This document shows positions 28,821 to 38,505 of a stretch of 64,000 nucleotides of DNA, one piece after another. Source of the DNA: Planctomycetota bacterium. Lineage in GTDB: Bacteria; Planctomycetota; UBA8108; SXIK01. Position 1 is the stretch's first letter; each line of letters starts with the position of its first letter. The notes under the pieces are model-generated. The model was given only the letters and a program-made list of their open reading frames with translations, made no database searches and was not told the DNA's origin. The position numbers and the translations under genes are program-made. The DNA is taken from assembly GCA_965223845.1 (NCBI GenBank), contig CBDCXR010000004.1:1248001-1312000 (forward strand). Reading direction: 5' to 3'.

Positions 28821-31800
28821 ATGCATCGCTCTCGATCCGGGACGGACCTCTGCGGGGTCGTCACGACCGCGCTCGTCGCCATCGCCGTCGGAATCGGTTC
28901 CGACTCGTACGTCCAGGCGCGTGACAAGGCGAAGCCGGTGTTCGCATCCAAGGTGATGTCGAGCGGGCTCGTCGAGGTCGACGTTCCACTCGCCGGCGCC
29001 AAGGGACTCTGGCTCGTCGTTTCGGACGGCGGGGACGGCTACGGCTGCGACTGGGCCGACTGGATCGAACCGCGCTTCATCGGTGAGGACGGAGAGGAAA
29101 CCAGGCTCACGGGTCTTCGGTGGAAGAGCGCGCGAGCGGGTTGGGGGCAAGTGCGAAAGAACAAGAACGCGGGCGGCGGAGCGCTCCGCGTCGGCGATCT
29201 GGCGGTCGAGGACGGCATTGGCACGCACGCACCGTCGGTGATTCACTTCGAGATCCCCGCCGGGGCGAAGCGATTTCGCGCGCGCGCCGGGCTCGATCGC
29301 GGCGGGACGGACCAATCTTGCGGTGCGACCGTGCGCTTCCTCGTGTTTACCCAGCCGCCTCCCGAGCGCGTCGGGCGTCGGGCGGGTGCAGCGGGTGCGC
29401 TCGAGCCGGCCGAGGCCGCCGAGACGCTCGAGCCAGCGAATGGTCTTGAAACCGTCCTCTACGCGCACGAACCGATGGTCGTCAACCCGACGAACCTCGA
29501 CATCGACTCTCGGGGACGGGTGTGGGTCACGGAGGGCGTGAACTACCGGCGGTGGCGGAACCTCAAGCCCGAGGGCGATCGCATCGTCATCCTCGACGAC
29601 ACCGATGGCGACGGCCGAGCCGATCACTCGAAGGTGTTCTACCAGGGGCGAGACATCGACTCGGCGCTCGGGATCTGCGTTCTCGGCGAGCGCATCTTCG
29701 TTTCGCGCTCGCCTCACGTCTTCGTGTTCACGGATCACGACGGAGACGATCGACCCGACGAGAAAAAGGTTCTCTTCTCGGGAATCGGTGGCGAGCAGCA
29801 CGACCACGGCGCGCACGCATTCGTATTCGGCCCCGACGGCCGCCTCTACTTCAACTTCGGGAACAGCGGGACTCGCCTTCTCGACGGAGCCGGTGCGACC
29901 GTGGTCGACCGGGCGGGCAATCCCATCCTTGCGAACGGGAAACCTTACCGTCAGGGGATGGTGTTCCGCTGCGCCCTCGACGGCTCGAACGTCGAAACGC
30001 TCGGTCACAACTTCAGGAACAACTACGAAGTGGCCATCGATTCCTTCGGGACTCTGTGGCAGTCCGACAATGACGACGACGGCAACCGCGGGGTCCGCAT
30101 CAACTACGTGATGGAGTACGGCAACTTCGGCTACCGCGAGGAGCGGACTGGAGCCGGCTGGAACGCGAAACGGACGAACATTGAGCCCGACACGCCGAGT
30201 CGACACTGGCACCAAAACGATCCCGGCGTCGTCCCGAATCTGCTGCAGACGGGGAGCGGATCGCCGACCGGCATCTGCGTCTACGAAGGAGATCTCCTCC
30301 CGGCGGTGTATCGAGGTCAGATGATCCACTGCGAGCCGGGGCACAACGTGGTTCGCGCGTATCCCGTCGTTCGTTCGGGCGCCGGCTACGCGGCGAACAT
30401 CGCCGACGTGGTGTCGAGTCGTGACAAATGGTTCCGCCCCGCGGACGTCTGCGTGGCTGCCGACGGTTCGCTGTTCGTCGTCGATTGGTACGACGCCGGG
30501 GTCGGTGGACACAACATGGCCGACAACGAGCCCGGAACGATGCGCGGGCGGATCTACCGCGTCGCGCCGAGCGGACACCGGCGGGTGCGCCCCCCGGTAG
30601 AGCTCGATTCGATCGACGGTGCTCTCGCGGCGCTGTCGTCGCCGAATCACGCGAGGCGGTTTCTCGGCTACCGCTCGCTCTACGAGAAGGGCGAGTCCGC
30701 GAAACCCGCCCTGCGGAGGTTGTGGGGGGGAACGAACCGGCGCCTCCGCGCGCGTGCACTCTACTTGTTGGCTCGACTCGAGGGACCCGGGACGCGGATG
30801 ATCGACGCCGCGCTCGCCTCCGCGGACGCGGATCTTCAAGTCGCCGCGATCCGCGTCGCGCGAGCGATCGGAGCAGAACTGCTCCCGATCCTCGAGCTCG
30901 CGTCGACGAGCTCCTCGGCGGCGCTTCGGCGTGAAGCAGCCATCGCGCTCCGGCACGACAACTCGGCCCGCGCGCCCGAGATTTGGGCCCGACTCGCGGC
31001 TCGTCACGAAGCGGGAGACCGTTGGTCGGTCGAGGCGCTCGGAATCGGCGCCGCGCGGCGGGAGAGCGAGTTTCTCGCCGCGTGGCTCGCAAAGGTCGGC
31101 GACGGCTGGAAGCTGCCGGCGGGGCGCGAGATCGTCTGGCGATCGCGCGCTCCCGAAGCGCTACCGCTTCTCGCCGAACTGATTCTCGATCCGACCGGAT
31201 CGGACGGCGACCGTCTGCGGTTTCTCCGGGCGCTCGATTTCCACGCTTCCGTTCCGGATGAAATCTACGTCGCCCTCCTCGGCTCGTCCGACGATCGCGT
31301 CGTCGAGCTCGCAGCGGCTCGTCTCAAGGGATTCGACCCCGCGAAGAACGACGAGCACGCGAAGCTCGTTCGGACTCTTGCCGAGAAGAGCCAGGGGACG
31401 GCGCGCATCATCGGGCTCGCGCGCAAGTTCGATCTCCGCGACCGGGCGGGCGACGTGGTCGAAGCCTTGGCGCGCTACGGCGCCACCGCCGCCGGGGGAA
31501 GCGGCGCGCGCTGGCTGCTCGAGATCGGGGAAGCGGAGAGATTGAAGACCGCCGCGGGCGAGGGCGACGACGCGGCCGCGATCGGGGTGATTCAGGCTCT
31601 CGGGAGCGCGGCCGACCCTCGGGCCGTCGGCCTCCTCGCGTTTGTCGTTACCGACGAAGAGCGCTCAGCTGCCGTTCTCGGCCAGGCCGCTCGAGCGCTC
31701 GTTCGATCGAAGAACGGCGCGTCGGCCCTCCTTCGCCAGGCGCGCTACGACCGCGTCCCGGAAGCGATCCGGCCGCTCGCCGGTTGGCTGCTCAGCAACG

Positions 31801-32330
31801 TCGTCTGGGATGACATCCGGCAAGCGGCGAGAGAAGTTCTGCCGCCGCCGGCAGCGAGCGGGAAGGACCCGCTCCCGCCGATTGCCGAGCTCGCAAAACG
31901 CTCGGGCGATGCGGCGCGAGGTCGAGCGGTGTTCGTCGAGCACTGTGCGTCTTGCCACCGCGCCGGCGACGCGGGCGTCGACTTCGGACCGGGACTCTCC
32001 GACATCGGGACCAAGCTGGGAAAGGACGCTCTCTACCAGTCGATTCTCGACCCGAACGCCGGTGTCTCGTTCGACTACGAGGGGACACTCGTCGTCCTCG
32101 AGAGCGGCGACGAGGTCGCGGGCATCGTCGTGAGTGAAACGGAGACGGAGCTCGCGCTCAGAATCCAGGGGGGGACGACCTCGACGCTCGCGAAAGAGGA
32201 GCTGATCACCCGTCAGAAACTCACGACTTCGATCATGCCGTCCGGTCTCGAAGCCGCCATGACGGAGGAACAGCTCGTCGACCTCGTCGAGTTCTTGACT
32301 CAGCTACGCGTCGCGAGCTCGAGCCCGTAG
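28821..32330 (+). CDS. PVC-type heme-binding CxxCH protein with N-terminal NPCBM/NEW2 carbohydrate-binding domain
   Basis: NPCBM ('DWADW.EP', 'GWGQV..N', 'GIGTHAPS'); propeller ('DHGAHAFVFGPDGRLYFNFGN', 'NFRNNYE'); HEAT region; 'HCASCH..FGPGLS...SIMPSGL'. GAGGAG RBS. Confidence 0.9.
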   Translation: MHRSRSGTDLCGVVTTALVAIAVGIGSDSYVQARDKAKPVFASKVMSSGLVEVDVPLAGAKGLWLVVSDGGDGYGCDWADWIEPRFIGEDGEETRLTGLRWKSARAGWGQVRKNKNAGGGALRVGDLAVEDGIGTHAPSVIHFEIPAGAKRFRARAGLDRGGTDQSCGATVRFLVFTQPPPERVGRRAGAAGALEPAEAAETLEPANGLETVLYAHEPMVVNPTNLDIDSRGRVWVTEGVNYRRWRNLKPEGDRIVILDDTDGDGRADHSKVFYQGRDIDSALGICVLGERIFVSRSPHVFVFTDHDGDDRPDEKKVLFSGIGGEQHDHGAHAFVFGPDGRLYFNFGNSGTRLLDGAGATVVDRAGNPILANGKPYRQGMVFRCALDGSNVETLGHNFRNNYEVAIDSFGTLWQSDNDDDGNRGVRINYVMEYGNFGYREERTGAGWNAKRTNIEPDTPSRHWHQNDPGVVPNLLQTGSGSPTGICVYEGDLLPAVYRGQMIHCEPGHNVVRAYPVVRSGAGYAANIADVVSSRDKWFRPADVCVAADGSLFVVDWYDAGVGGHNMADNEPGTMRGRIYRVAPSGHRRVRPPVELDSIDGALAALSSPNHARRFLGYRSLYEKGESAKPALRRLWGGTNRRLRARALYLLARLEGPGTRMIDAALASADADLQVAAIRVARAIGAELLPILELASTSSSAALRREAAIALRHDNSARAPEIWARLAARHEAGDRWSVEALGIGAARRESEFLAAWLAKVGDGWKLPAGREIVWRSRAPEALPLLAELILDPTGSDGDRLRFLRALDFHASVPDEIYVALLGSSDDRVVELAAARLKGFDPAKNDEHAKLVRTLAEKSQGTARIIGLARKFDLRDRAGDVVEALARYGATAAGGSGARWLLEIGEAERLKTAAGEGDDAAAIGVIQALGSAADPRAVGLLAFVVTDEERSAAVLGQAARALVRSKNGASALLRQARYDRVPEAIRPLAGWLLSNVVWDDIRQAAREVLPPPAASGKDPLPPIAELAKRSGDAARGRAVFVEHCASCHRAGDAGVDFGPGLSDIGTKLGKDALYQSILDPNAGVSFDYEGTLVVLESGDEVAGIVVSETETELALRIQGGTTSTLAKEELITRQKLTTSIMPSGLEAAMTEEQLVDLVEFLTQLRVASSSP

Positions 32331-32406
32331 AGAGGCACGACCGCAACCGTCCGTCGCCATCGTAGAGTCGGCGCGGCCGACGTCGTCCTCGTTCACGCCG
32401 CTTCGT

Positions 32407-35172
32407 TCACGTTTTTGGCGGCGAAGCGCCGAATTCGCGCACGAGCTTTCCGCTGTCCGTCTCGTAGATCCGGATGGTTCCTTCTTCGCCCGCGGCGAGG
32501 ACATAGCGACCGTCGGCGCTCAGATCGACGGTGTGAACGAAATCCGTGAACGCGGGGTAGGTCCGGACCTGACCGCCGTCGTTCGTCCGGTGGCGCCGCA
32601 CGTTCCGATCGCCGGAGCTCGTCACGATGTCCGTTCCGATTCCGACGAAGCGAACTCCCGTCACTTGCTTCCCGAATCCGCCGATCGTTCTCCGCGCCTC
32701 CCCGGTGGCGAATGTCCACACCTTGACGGCGTTGTCGGCACCCGCGCTCACGACCGTCTCGCCGTCGGCGCTCCAGCTCACGCCGAGGACGTGACCGCTG
32801 TGGCCTTCGAGGCTTCGGAGCGAGGAACCGTCCTCGGCGGAGAAGACGCGCGCAAACTTGTCGGTCCCGGCGGTCGCGATGCGATCCCCGTCAAACGTGA
32901 ACTCGAGATCGACGACGGTGTCGCTGTGCGCGTCGTCGATCGTCCAGCGGAGCGTGCCGGTCTCGAGGTCGAACAGCTGAAGGCGACCGCTCCGCGACGG
33001 CTCGCCGCCGCCTACGGCGAGTAGGCTACCGTCGGGGGAAAACTCGAGTGCAGTGATGCGCGAAACGAACTCGACTCCGTCGTTCTCTTCGAGACGACGC
33101 TCGAGGACGTAGCCGGGGTGGACGGCCGTCGCGCGCGCCGCGCCGGAGGTGTCGAGCGAGTGGACGCGATCCTTCGTTGCCGCGACCGCCGCGACGCCCT
33201 CGCCCGCGATGGTCCACGCTTCCTCGGCGGCGCCGGTTGCGCGGTCGTAGACTGCGCCCCGGCCGTTCGCTCGGCCGACGATGACGCCCGCGCCGTCCGC
33301 AGTGAATGCGAGCGATCGCACGGCGGCAGCGGACATCTGATGCTCCGACGCGCGCTGCTTCTGCGCCTCCTCGGCACTTTTCGCCCGCGCTTGAGCGAGC
33401 TCGAGCTTCTTTCCCGCCTCCGCGCGCGCAGTTCCCGCGCGTCTACGGCGAAGCTCGCCGTCTTCGAGCTCGTTCTCTCCTTTCTTCTTCGCTGCTTCGA
33501 GTCCGCCGAGAGCCTTCTTCGCTTCCTCGGCTTTCTTCTTGTCCTCCGTCTGCGCGGCTTCGGCCTGCTTTTCGGTCAGCTTCTTGGTTGCGTCCTCGAT
33601 CGTCTTCTTTGCCTTCGCGACGGCTTCGTCCGCGCCCTTCACTTCCTTGTCTGCCGCCGCGACCGCCTTTGTCGCGGCGTCGAGGATGTTCTTCGCGAGC
33701 TGACTCGATCGCTCCGCGATTCCCAGGCGATGCTGCGCGGACGGATCCTGAGGGGCGACCGCGAGGATCTTTCCGCTCGCGTCCCAAATCCGAAGCGCTC
33801 CACTGGCGGACCCCGCGGCGAATCGCTCGCCGTCCGGAGCGGCCGCGACGCAGTCCGAAGATTCGCCGAGGTTCACCGTCCGAGTGCTCTTCCCTTCGCT
33901 GAGCTTCCAGTGCTTGGCGTGCCCGTCGGCACCGACCGATACGACGTCCGCGCCCGCCGAAGGATCCGCAGCGATCGCGTTGACGCGTCCCGAATGCGCC
34001 TCGAGCGGCTCGAGCGGTGTCGTCGTTACTGCGTCGCCGTCGCGCGCGATCGACCAGCGGAGGAGCTTTCCGTCCGCCGTACCGACGACGAGAACACTCC
34101 CGTCGTTCGATGGAACACCGCACGTCGCGTTCCCGGTCACAGCGACGGTGGTCGCGGCCGACTCATCACCGAGTGTGAGCACGGTCGCACTCGCTTCCGC
34201 GACGACGAGGACGCGAGAACCGTCGGCGCTCGATCGCAGCGAACGCAGCTCACCCTCGAAGCGTCCGATCGTCTTGGGGTCGCCTTCGCCGTTCCACACG
34301 ACGATGTCACCGGCGGCTGTCGCTGCGACGACACGGTCTGCGCCACCTCCGACGAGTCCACGCAGCCGTCGATCGCCAAAGGGGGTCGCCGCGCTGTCGT
34401 CACGCCGCCAAATCTTGACCGAGCGAAATCCGCTCGTCGCGATGCGACGACCGTCCGGAGAGAACGCGACGTCTTGCACTTGGTCGAGTTGCGTCGCGGG
34501 CGAATCGAAAGCGGGATCGAGGAGCCTCCCGACCGGCGCGCCCGAGCGCGTTGCGAACAGCTCCACCGTGCGTCCGCGCGCCGCCGCCACGAGCGTTGCG
34601 TCCGGAGAGAGGCGAGCCGAGTAGATTGCACGGATGGAGCTCGGCACGTCGAACCACTCGACGCGGGCGCTCCCTTCGTTCACCTCGCCCTTTGCCCCCT
34701 GATCGATCCAGAGCTTGAGGAGCTCGAGCTCCTTTGGCCCGAGCGGCTCCGCTCCCACCTTGTTCTTCCGCGGCGGCATGTACGGCTTGTCGAGCTGCGC
34801 CGCGACGCGGAAGAGAATGCTCTCCTCCGCGTTTCCGGGTGCGACGATCGGATCGTCCTCCTCGCCCCGCTTCTCGATCGAGGCCGGACTCTCGAGAATG
34901 ACGTCGCCGTCGGCTTCGCTCGCGTTGTGACACGCGAGACAGTTCTTCCGAAACACGGGAAGGATGTCGCGAGCGAAGTCGACCGGCTCCGCGCGCGCGG
35001 GAGGCTCGATCGGTGTCTCCTCCGCTGAAGCTCCGCGACCGGCCACGAGCACCATCGTCAGCACGACGATCGCAGCTTCGCCCGTCGCGCGAATCGTATC
35101 CGGGTATTCCTCGCCCCGCCGGCTCGTCATCCGCGCGCGTGTCGATCGATGCATCTCTTCGTTCCGATCCAT
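32407..35172 (-). CDS. Planctomycete cytochrome c + WD40 repeat protein with coiled-coil insert
   Basis: 'VDFARDILPVFRKNCLACH', 'MPP...WIDQGA', two WD40 blocks separated by an A/K/E-rich helix. TGATG overlap with the upstream gene. Confidence 0.9.
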   Translation of the reverse strand: MDRNEEMHRSTRARMTSRRGEEYPDTIRATGEAAIVVLTMVLVAGRGASAEETPIEPPARAEPVDFARDILPVFRKNCLACHNASEADGDVILESPASIEKRGEEDDPIVAPGNAEESILFRVAAQLDKPYMPPRKNKVGAEPLGPKELELLKLWIDQGAKGEVNEGSARVEWFDVPSSIRAIYSARLSPDATLVAAARGRTVELFATRSGAPVGRLLDPAFDSPATQLDQVQDVAFSPDGRRIATSGFRSVKIWRRDDSAATPFGDRRLRGLVGGGADRVVAATAAGDIVVWNGEGDPKTIGRFEGELRSLRSSADGSRVLVVAEASATVLTLGDESAATTVAVTGNATCGVPSNDGSVLVVGTADGKLLRWSIARDGDAVTTTPLEPLEAHSGRVNAIAADPSAGADVVSVGADGHAKHWKLSEGKSTRTVNLGESSDCVAAAPDGERFAAGSASGALRIWDASGKILAVAPQDPSAQHRLGIAERSSQLAKNILDAATKAVAAADKEVKGADEAVAKAKKTIEDATKKLTEKQAEAAQTEDKKKAEEAKKALGGLEAAKKKGENELEDGELRRRRAGTARAEAGKKLELAQARAKSAEEAQKQRASEHQMSAAAVRSLAFTADGAGVIVGRANGRGAVYDRATGAAEEAWTIAGEGVAAVAATKDRVHSLDTSGAARATAVHPGYVLERRLEENDGVEFVSRITALEFSPDGSLLAVGGGEPSRSGRLQLFDLETGTLRWTIDDAHSDTVVDLEFTFDGDRIATAGTDKFARVFSAEDGSSLRSLEGHSGHVLGVSWSADGETVVSAGADNAVKVWTFATGEARRTIGGFGKQVTGVRFVGIGTDIVTSSGDRNVRRHRTNDGGQVRTYPAFTDFVHTVDLSADGRYVLAAGEEGTIRIYETDSGKLVREFGASPPKT

Positions 35173-38078
35173 CAGAATTCCTTCAATCGCGGTACGTAGG
35201 CTTCGACCTCGATGCTCAGTTCGGCGCGTGCGGAGATGTCCTTCCCGCGCCACTTCGTCTTGGCTTCGAGAGCGACCCTGTGCGTACCGACCGTAGCGTC
35301 GGCCGAGGCGGTGATCTCGAGATCAGTGCGAGTCCCCTTGGCGTCGATCGCGGGCGCCGAAACGGCGAGACCGCGTACCTCCTTGGGGAGCGTCACGGCG
35401 ATGCTGACCTCGCCCTCGTGCCCGAAACGGCGCTCGATGGTCGAAGCGACGCGTGTCGATTTCCCTTGCCGGAGCTTGATCGCCGCCGGCGCGGCGATGC
35501 GGAGCGCGGTCGGCGCGACGGTCAAGCGCGTCGGCGTCGAGGCGAGCTCGACACGGATCTTCTTCGGCTTGGCCGCCTCCGCGGCTTTCTTAGCGCTTTC
35601 CTCGAGAGCCTTCTTCGTCGCCTCGGCCGCTTTGACCTTCTCCTCCGCTTCACTCAGCGCCTTTTCGAGCTCGGCCCGCTGCGTCTCGATCTCCGCTGCT
35701 TGTTTCGCCGCGGCGTCGGCTTGGCGCGCCAGCTCGTCCGCCTTCGCTCGGAGATCCTTCGCCTTCGCATCGAGCTCCGCCTTCTGCCGCGCGGTCGACT
35801 CGAGCTCCGTCTTTCGTTGGTCGCGGACGCCGGTGGACTCCGCGGCGGCCTTCACGGCGAGATCCCGGCGACCCGCGGCGGCATCGGCCGCGGCGGGGTT
35901 CCGGCGATACTGCACTTCGGCGCGAGTCTCGAGAAAGAGCGTGAAGGTCCCCATCGGAGCCTTGTCCGTAATCTCGAGCTCGAGCTCGCCTTCGGTCTTG
36001 TCCGGAGCGACGGTGATATTCTTCGCTTTCACGTTCGGCGGCAGGTCGCGGAGGATCACCGCGACGGGGTTCTTGAAGTCGCCGCGCCGTTCGACGTGGA
36101 CCGGAACCTTGACCTTGACCGCCGTCGGCGCGGCGAGCTCCTCGGGCGTGCCGAAGCGCACGAGAAACGGCGCCGGTTCTTCGGTGACGGCGAGCGCTAC
36201 GCCCTCGACTAGTCGCGAGTGCGATTCGACTTGGTCGTTCACCTTCGGCCACACGAGAGTTGCGCTTCGAGCGGATCGCATGCGCTCCTGGCCGTCGATC
36301 ATCGCCCGCCCGACGATCCGCACGGTGCCGGCCCAGGCCGCGGCGTCGGTCGCGGCTTCGAGGACGAGTGTCGCTCGATTCGCTCCGGGGGCGAGCACGG
36401 TTTCGCGGCACGTCACGCCCTCGGGCAGTCCCTCGATTCCGAGCGCGATCGGTCCGGCGTAGCCGTCCAAGCGAAACGCGTGGACGTCGATGCGCTCCGT
36501 GCCGCCGCGCCGGAGGAGCGGCGACCAGATCGCCGGTGGATTCTTGTTCGGATCGGGATCCAGTCCCGGCATGCGCGGGGCCGCGACGAGGCGAAAGTCC
36601 GGCTTCGGGGCGCGGATCGAGAGCCGGTAGACCGAACGTGGGTCGCTGCGCACGGAGCCCGCGAGGTCGCGCACGTGAACTCGATAGAGACCGTCCGCTG
36701 GGACTTGCAAGCGATGGCGCGCGTCGTACGTCCGAGTGACGAACGCGCGGTCCCCGGTCGGCTGACCGAGATCGTCCACGGCGGCGATCTCTGCGGTCGT
36801 TCCCTTCTCGAGATGGGTCACTCGCGTAATCACGAACTGCGGGTCGGTGGGGTGACCGAGGCGATGCGAGATCGTTTCGAACCAGAGGACCTGACCCTTC
36901 TTCGCTTCGAACTCGACCGTATCGACATCGGCGCGCGGAAAGAACTGACCGACGAATTCGCAGGGCACCGGAACGCGCTGTGGCGCGTCCCCGGTCTCCG
37001 GCGCCTCGAGGACGACCTCCGCGTCCGCAGCGCCCATGAAGAACGGCTCCGTGTCGACGCCATCGCGCCGGAGCTGCGCCTCGATGCCGTCGAGACCGGC
37101 GGCGCGGGAATCGGCGCGCGGAGGAACCGAGTCCTGCGGCTCGACGGGCATCGCAACGTCGAGTTGGGCGACCTCGAGGCGAGTTCCGTCGACTCGGATC
37201 GAGTCGGCTGCGGGAACGCCGCCCGGAAGATTCCGGCCGAAGACTTGGACCGTTTGTGTCGTCCCCGGCAGCGCGCACGGCGGAAACACGAAATCTATGT
37301 ACGGGCCGCTCGAAATCGAGAGCCGGTAGAAGTAGTCGGCGCCGCCGCGGTAGAGCACGTCGTACACGAGTAGGAGATAGTCACCGTCGGCGGGCGCCCG
37401 AAAATCGACGAGCGGGTCGCGTCCGCGTTGACGCGGATTGCGCGCGAGCTCGCGTCCGCTCGCGTCGGCGACGACGAGCGTCGCGTCGAGGCGCGAGTCG
37501 ATACGCTGCGCGAAGCACTCGGCGATCAGCCGATCGCCCTCCTTGAGAGGGATCCGGTACCAATCGAGATCGGTCGCGCCATCGATGCGGCCGTTCACTA
37601 CGGAGCCGAGCGCCGCGGGGTCGGCTTCGCTCGGCTTCTGATTCGGCTCCGATTCGAGCAGCTCCGTCTTTCGCCCTACGCGGAAGATGCGCGGATTCGA
37701 AATCCCGTAGAGGCCGACTGCGCGGATCTCTCGCGGCCCCGACGGCGCATCGGAGGCGATCTTCACGCGAAATCGACCGGGTACGAGGCGCGGGGCTTCC
37801 TCGAACGGACCTGGCGGCGACGTGACGGGCTCCGCCGTCACCCCCGTTCCCGAGACGATCAGCTCGCGGGCGTCATCGAGATCACTCCCGGCGAGCTGCA
37901 CTTCGAACGCTGTTCCTACGGCTCCTCCGGGCGGATAGATCCAATGAAGACGGGCCGTGGGGAGTTGACCCGGGACGAGCTCCGCCGCGCCGACGAGAAG
38001 GACGAAGGCGATGGGCCACGAAGCGGGCGACCGCCGGAGGCGGCGCCGCCGTACACGCGCGCGCTGAACGTTCAGCAT
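35172..38078 (-). CDS. PPC-domain (pre-peptidase C-terminal) / Ig-like exported protein with C-terminal coiled coil
   Basis: Signal peptide, 'IYPPGGAVG', 'ESEPNQ', 'DLDWYRI', 'RIDSRLDA', 'DVDTVEF', 'PDFRL', A/K/E-rich coil. GGAG RBS before MLNVQ. Confidence 0.88.
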   Translation of the reverse strand: MLNVQRARVRRRRLRRSPASWPIAFVLLVGAAELVPGQLPTARLHWIYPPGGAVGTAFEVQLAGSDLDDARELIVSGTGVTAEPVTSPPGPFEEAPRLVPGRFRVKIASDAPSGPREIRAVGLYGISNPRIFRVGRKTELLESEPNQKPSEADPAALGSVVNGRIDGATDLDWYRIPLKEGDRLIAECFAQRIDSRLDATLVVADASGRELARNPRQRGRDPLVDFRAPADGDYLLLVYDVLYRGGADYFYRLSISSGPYIDFVFPPCALPGTTQTVQVFGRNLPGGVPAADSIRVDGTRLEVAQLDVAMPVEPQDSVPPRADSRAAGLDGIEAQLRRDGVDTEPFFMGAADAEVVLEAPETGDAPQRVPVPCEFVGQFFPRADVDTVEFEAKKGQVLWFETISHRLGHPTDPQFVITRVTHLEKGTTAEIAAVDDLGQPTGDRAFVTRTYDARHRLQVPADGLYRVHVRDLAGSVRSDPRSVYRLSIRAPKPDFRLVAAPRMPGLDPDPNKNPPAIWSPLLRRGGTERIDVHAFRLDGYAGPIALGIEGLPEGVTCRETVLAPGANRATLVLEAATDAAAWAGTVRIVGRAMIDGQERMRSARSATLVWPKVNDQVESHSRLVEGVALAVTEEPAPFLVRFGTPEELAAPTAVKVKVPVHVERRGDFKNPVAVILRDLPPNVKAKNITVAPDKTEGELELEITDKAPMGTFTLFLETRAEVQYRRNPAAADAAAGRRDLAVKAAAESTGVRDQRKTELESTARQKAELDAKAKDLRAKADELARQADAAAKQAAEIETQRAELEKALSEAEEKVKAAEATKKALEESAKKAAEAAKPKKIRVELASTPTRLTVAPTALRIAAPAAIKLRQGKSTRVASTIERRFGHEGEVSIAVTLPKEVRGLAVSAPAIDAKGTRTDLEITASADATVGTHRVALEAKTKWRGKDISARAELSIEVEAYVPRLKEF

Positions 38079-38240
38079 GGCTTCTCCACACTTGCTGCAA
38101 GGGGGCCTTGAATCCGGTTCAGCACACCACTTTACGGGAACCTCGCTCCGGGGGGAAAGAACGTAGCGGAGCGCTCGGAGTCCCGTCCCGCGGTCCGGAC
38201 GAGCGGAGCGCGAACCGACCCCGGACTTCTCCCGATCCTC

Positions 38241-38329
38241 CGCTCGGCGATTCGTCGCCCGAGCGTGGCGATCGCGGGTCTCCCGAGGCGAAAGCGGGGC
38301 ACCCGACGCGGGGTTCCGCCGCGTCGGGT
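38241..38329. promoter_or_regulatory. Two inverted repeats upstream of a sigma-54-type promoter (possible activator sites or RNA hairpins)
   Basis: CGCTCGGCGA-TTCG-TCGCCCGAGCG (38241-38265) and a perfect 11-bp repeat ACCCGACGCGG-N7-CCGCGTCGGGT (38301-38329). Confidence 0.45.
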
Positions 38330-38389
38330 CGCTCTCTAAGGGACTCGGGCGAAGTCTCTTACGCCCGTTCAAGCGGCGAGCAGCGACGG

Positions 38390-38405
38390 CGGCACGATCG
38401 TTGCC
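38390..38405 (+). promoter_or_regulatory. Putative sigma-54 (RpoN) -24/-12 promoter
   Basis: CGGCACGATCGTTGCC matches the TGGCACG-N4-TTGC consensus except at the first base, with exact GG-N10-GC spacing. It lies ~100 nt upstream of the ATG at 38506. Confidence 0.65.
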
Positions 38406-38505
38406 ACAACCCAGTTCGGCACGCCCCTCCGAGCTCGGTTCTCGCGGGGCGGGAACGGCGCAGTTCCGCGCTGCCGCTCGGCTCACGGGGTGGAGGAGGA
38501 CAGAA

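Noticed and set aside
38079-38486. N-terminal extensions of several track ORFs (here the 1104-aa ORF; also 49157-49594, 26003-26218, 5593-5799, 5123-5230)
   Set aside because: Low-complexity translations of intergenic or overlapping DNA. Better starts, most with an RBS or signal peptide, lie downstream.
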